A stretch of 59,210 nucleotides of DNA from Candidatus Thorarchaeota archaeon (GTDB taxonomy: Archaea > Asgardarchaeota > Thorarchaeia > Thorarchaeales > Thorarchaeaceae): positions 8,327 through 67,536 of the forward strand of contig JBHLRP010000015.1 in assembly GCA_048882485.1 (NCBI GenBank). Direction: 5' to 3'. Shown one piece after another: positions 57,432 to 59,210 of the stretch; position 1 is the stretch's first letter, and every line of letters starts with the position of its first letter. The translations under genes were made by a program, and so were the position numbers. The notes under the pieces were generated by a model, which saw only the letters and a list, made by a program, of their open reading frames with translations, was not told where the DNA came from and did no database searches.

Positions 57432-58970
57432 ATGGCAGAAACACGCTTGTATCTGCTTACAGGTCAAACGGGCGTAGAGCATGGTGATGTTGGTAATGCT
57501 GTATGCAAGGCGGCTGAAGAGGCAAGAAAGGAAGAACCAAATGTACCCACCTTGAGCTGGTTTGACATTAAAAAGGGATTTGAGGAGGCAGGATATCCAT
57601 CTTCAGCGGTTCCGGCGCTTTGGGAAAATCCAAGCCCGGCAAAGAAGAGAGGAGCATGGATTGCGGCGTATAATGCGATATTAGATGAAATTCATGAGCG
57701 CTCTTTGGATATAGCTCTTCTATCCATGCACATGTTATGGTATCGTGGTTACAATTTCTTTTGTCCTGTGGATTTCCCTACCGTAGAGAATGGAAGAATA
57801 AAACCCATTGGAATTGTGACCCAAATAGATGATCTTTACGATATATGGACAAGAATAAGGGAAAGAAAAGACAGACCGGGATCCTTCAATATTGATGTGG
57901 ATTTCTCTTTAAGTGAATTGGGAATTTGGAGAGGACTTGAGGTGCTGATGTCTGAGAAATTAGCAGAGTTTCTCCATGACCAGAGAAGAGGATTTCATTA
58001 TGTTTGGGCTGTAAAACACCCACCTGAAATGCTATGGAAACTAGTTTCAGATCCAAGTCAGTTAACTGTATATTCTGCTTTTCCTATTTCAAGAACACGT
58101 AACTGTGAGGACGCAGTTGATGCAATTAATGAGTTTAGGCAGAAACTCTATGATGAGTTCATTGTTTTTGATCCTTTGACTATTGATGAATACCCCATCA
58201 GAGCCAAACTTGTGGAATATTGGGTAGAGCATATTAGAAATGATTTGAAGACAACCTGCGATATCAATTCTGATAATCTTGAGATCGATTTTCATCCCAT
58301 AGGCAAAAAGTGTACAATTCATCATAAGGAGTTTGACATTCAATCTGGATGTATAAGATCAAATAAAGCAAAGATCAAGCTCGGAGATGATTGTGTCTTC
58401 ACTCTTCCTGAAGAAATCAGTTTACCTAAGAGGGGAGAGATGTGTTTCGATAGGTCACTTCGTTGGGCGCTCTACCCATCGAGTTCTGAATTCTCATACA
58501 AGTCCGCTGTAGATGGGGAGAATGAACCAGTTGTTGTACCGTTCTGGGAGGTTGATGAGGCAACCAAGCAAATTGTCAGTCAAATACGTGTTCGAGATTT
58601 CCAATTAATTGAAAGAAGTGATGCGATAATCGCATTTAGACCAAGCTTTCAGAAAACGAAAATCTCTGATGGAGTAACAAAAGAAATCACATTTGCCAAA
58701 GAACTGATACAATGGATGCTCTATAAGTTGGAATGGGCAGTGATATGGGATAAAGAGGATGGAGAAATAGCAACATCAGCCGCAGTCTTGGGCTCCGAAG
58801 CTTCATCGCTTTATGAACAAATACCATGCTATTCAACTGTGGATGAGTGCATTAAAGCTTTCAAAGAAATACAGCAACGAAAGAAGGATTTCTTTAGAGA
58901 TTCTACAGATCCCGGAAAGCTTAGAGATAAGCTGATCGAGTGGTACAAAGCCAGAATAGCAATAAGCTGA
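57432..58970 (+). CDS. P-loop nucleotide-kinase-like domain fused to a nucleoside 2-deoxyribosyltransferase-like (NDT/Rcl) domain
   Basis: N-terminal LLTGQTGV...H....R; C-terminal VYSAFPIS, FDP..IDE, RDFQLIERSDAIIAF, SDGVTKEI.FA (NDT SxG..xE motif). Confidence 0.65.
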   Translation: MAETRLYLLTGQTGVEHGDVGNAVCKAAEEARKEEPNVPTLSWFDIKKGFEEAGYPSSAVPALWENPSPAKKRGAWIAAYNAILDEIHERSLDIALLSMHMLWYRGYNFFCPVDFPTVENGRIKPIGIVTQIDDLYDIWTRIRERKDRPGSFNIDVDFSLSELGIWRGLEVLMSEKLAEFLHDQRRGFHYVWAVKHPPEMLWKLVSDPSQLTVYSAFPISRTRNCEDAVDAINEFRQKLYDEFIVFDPLTIDEYPIRAKLVEYWVEHIRNDLKTTCDINSDNLEIDFHPIGKKCTIHHKEFDIQSGCIRSNKAKIKLGDDCVFTLPEEISLPKRGEMCFDRSLRWALYPSSSEFSYKSAVDGENEPVVVPFWEVDEATKQIVSQIRVRDFQLIERSDAIIAFRPSFQKTKISDGVTKEITFAKELIQWMLYKLEWAVIWDKEDGEIATSAAVLGSEASSLYEQIPCYSTVDECIKAFKEIQQRKKDFFRDSTDPGKLRDKLIEWYKARIAIS

Positions 58971-59125
58971 TTGAATGAAGCCGATTATATCATGACCCTG
59001 TAATAATGCATCTAGCTGAATATTTGCCCGAACTGAAAGTAGACATTGATGAACTCGTTCGGCACGAAAGAACGCACGAAAGGTTCCTCGAATACAGAAA
59101 CAGCTGACCAATTATGAAAATATGG

Positions 59126-59210
59126 AAAAATGAAAAGGGTGCTCAGCAGCATGAGCCAGGGCAAGTGCCAATGGCGTTAGGGAATCTAGTTCCTTTCACA
59201 ACCCTATCCC
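59126..59210 (+). repeat. Dispersed repeat type B (runs to window end)
   Basis: AAAAATGAAAAGGGTGCTCAGCAGCATGAGCCAGGGCAAGTGCCAATGGCGTTAGGGAATCTA; tail resembles the 56820 copy. Confidence 0.8.

Noticed and set aside
1-59210. tRNA, rRNA, transposase or integrase genes
   Set aside because: None recognised by eye in the sequence or the ORF track; a tRNAscan/Infernal run would be needed to exclude small RNAs.

Overview
Archaeal DNA, most likely an Asgard archaeon of the Thorarchaeia type. This is inferred from gene content (CdhAB, HdrA-MvhD/MvhG/MvhA, Mtd, Lrp and Bat-type HTH regulators) and was not confirmed by a search. The first ~22 kb is metabolic: a CLC channel, two Glu/Leu/Phe/Val dehydrogenases, two tandem-duplicated Lrp-like regulators, TauE, ArsR, an Acr3 gene with one in-frame TAG, stand-alone CO dehydrogenase cdhAB, and a minus-strand hydrogenase cluster. 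In that cluster HdrA-MvhD carries an N-terminal ArsR-type winged helix, and a shared palindromic operator sits upstream of both hdrA and an Mtd fusion gene. The most striking feature is non-coding. About 21 copies of a 25-100 bp element (core AAAATGAAAGGGTGCTCAGCA, then a bulged hairpin with covarying pairs, then CCGCCGCCTCTACTTCTCTCTACC) all lie on the same strand. Between 22.5 and 42 kb they separate 1-3-gene modules of unrelated accessory genes, like a cassette array, but without attC/CRISPR hallmarks or a recombinase in the window. A 96-bp duplicated gene end joined to two different repeat subtypes suggests exchange at the repeat core. The last ~8 kb looks like a conflict/defence island: TPR, EEP nuclease, SLATT plus prokaryotic YEATS, and a P-loop kinase-NDT fusion. 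All calls are from visual motif recognition; no searches were run.
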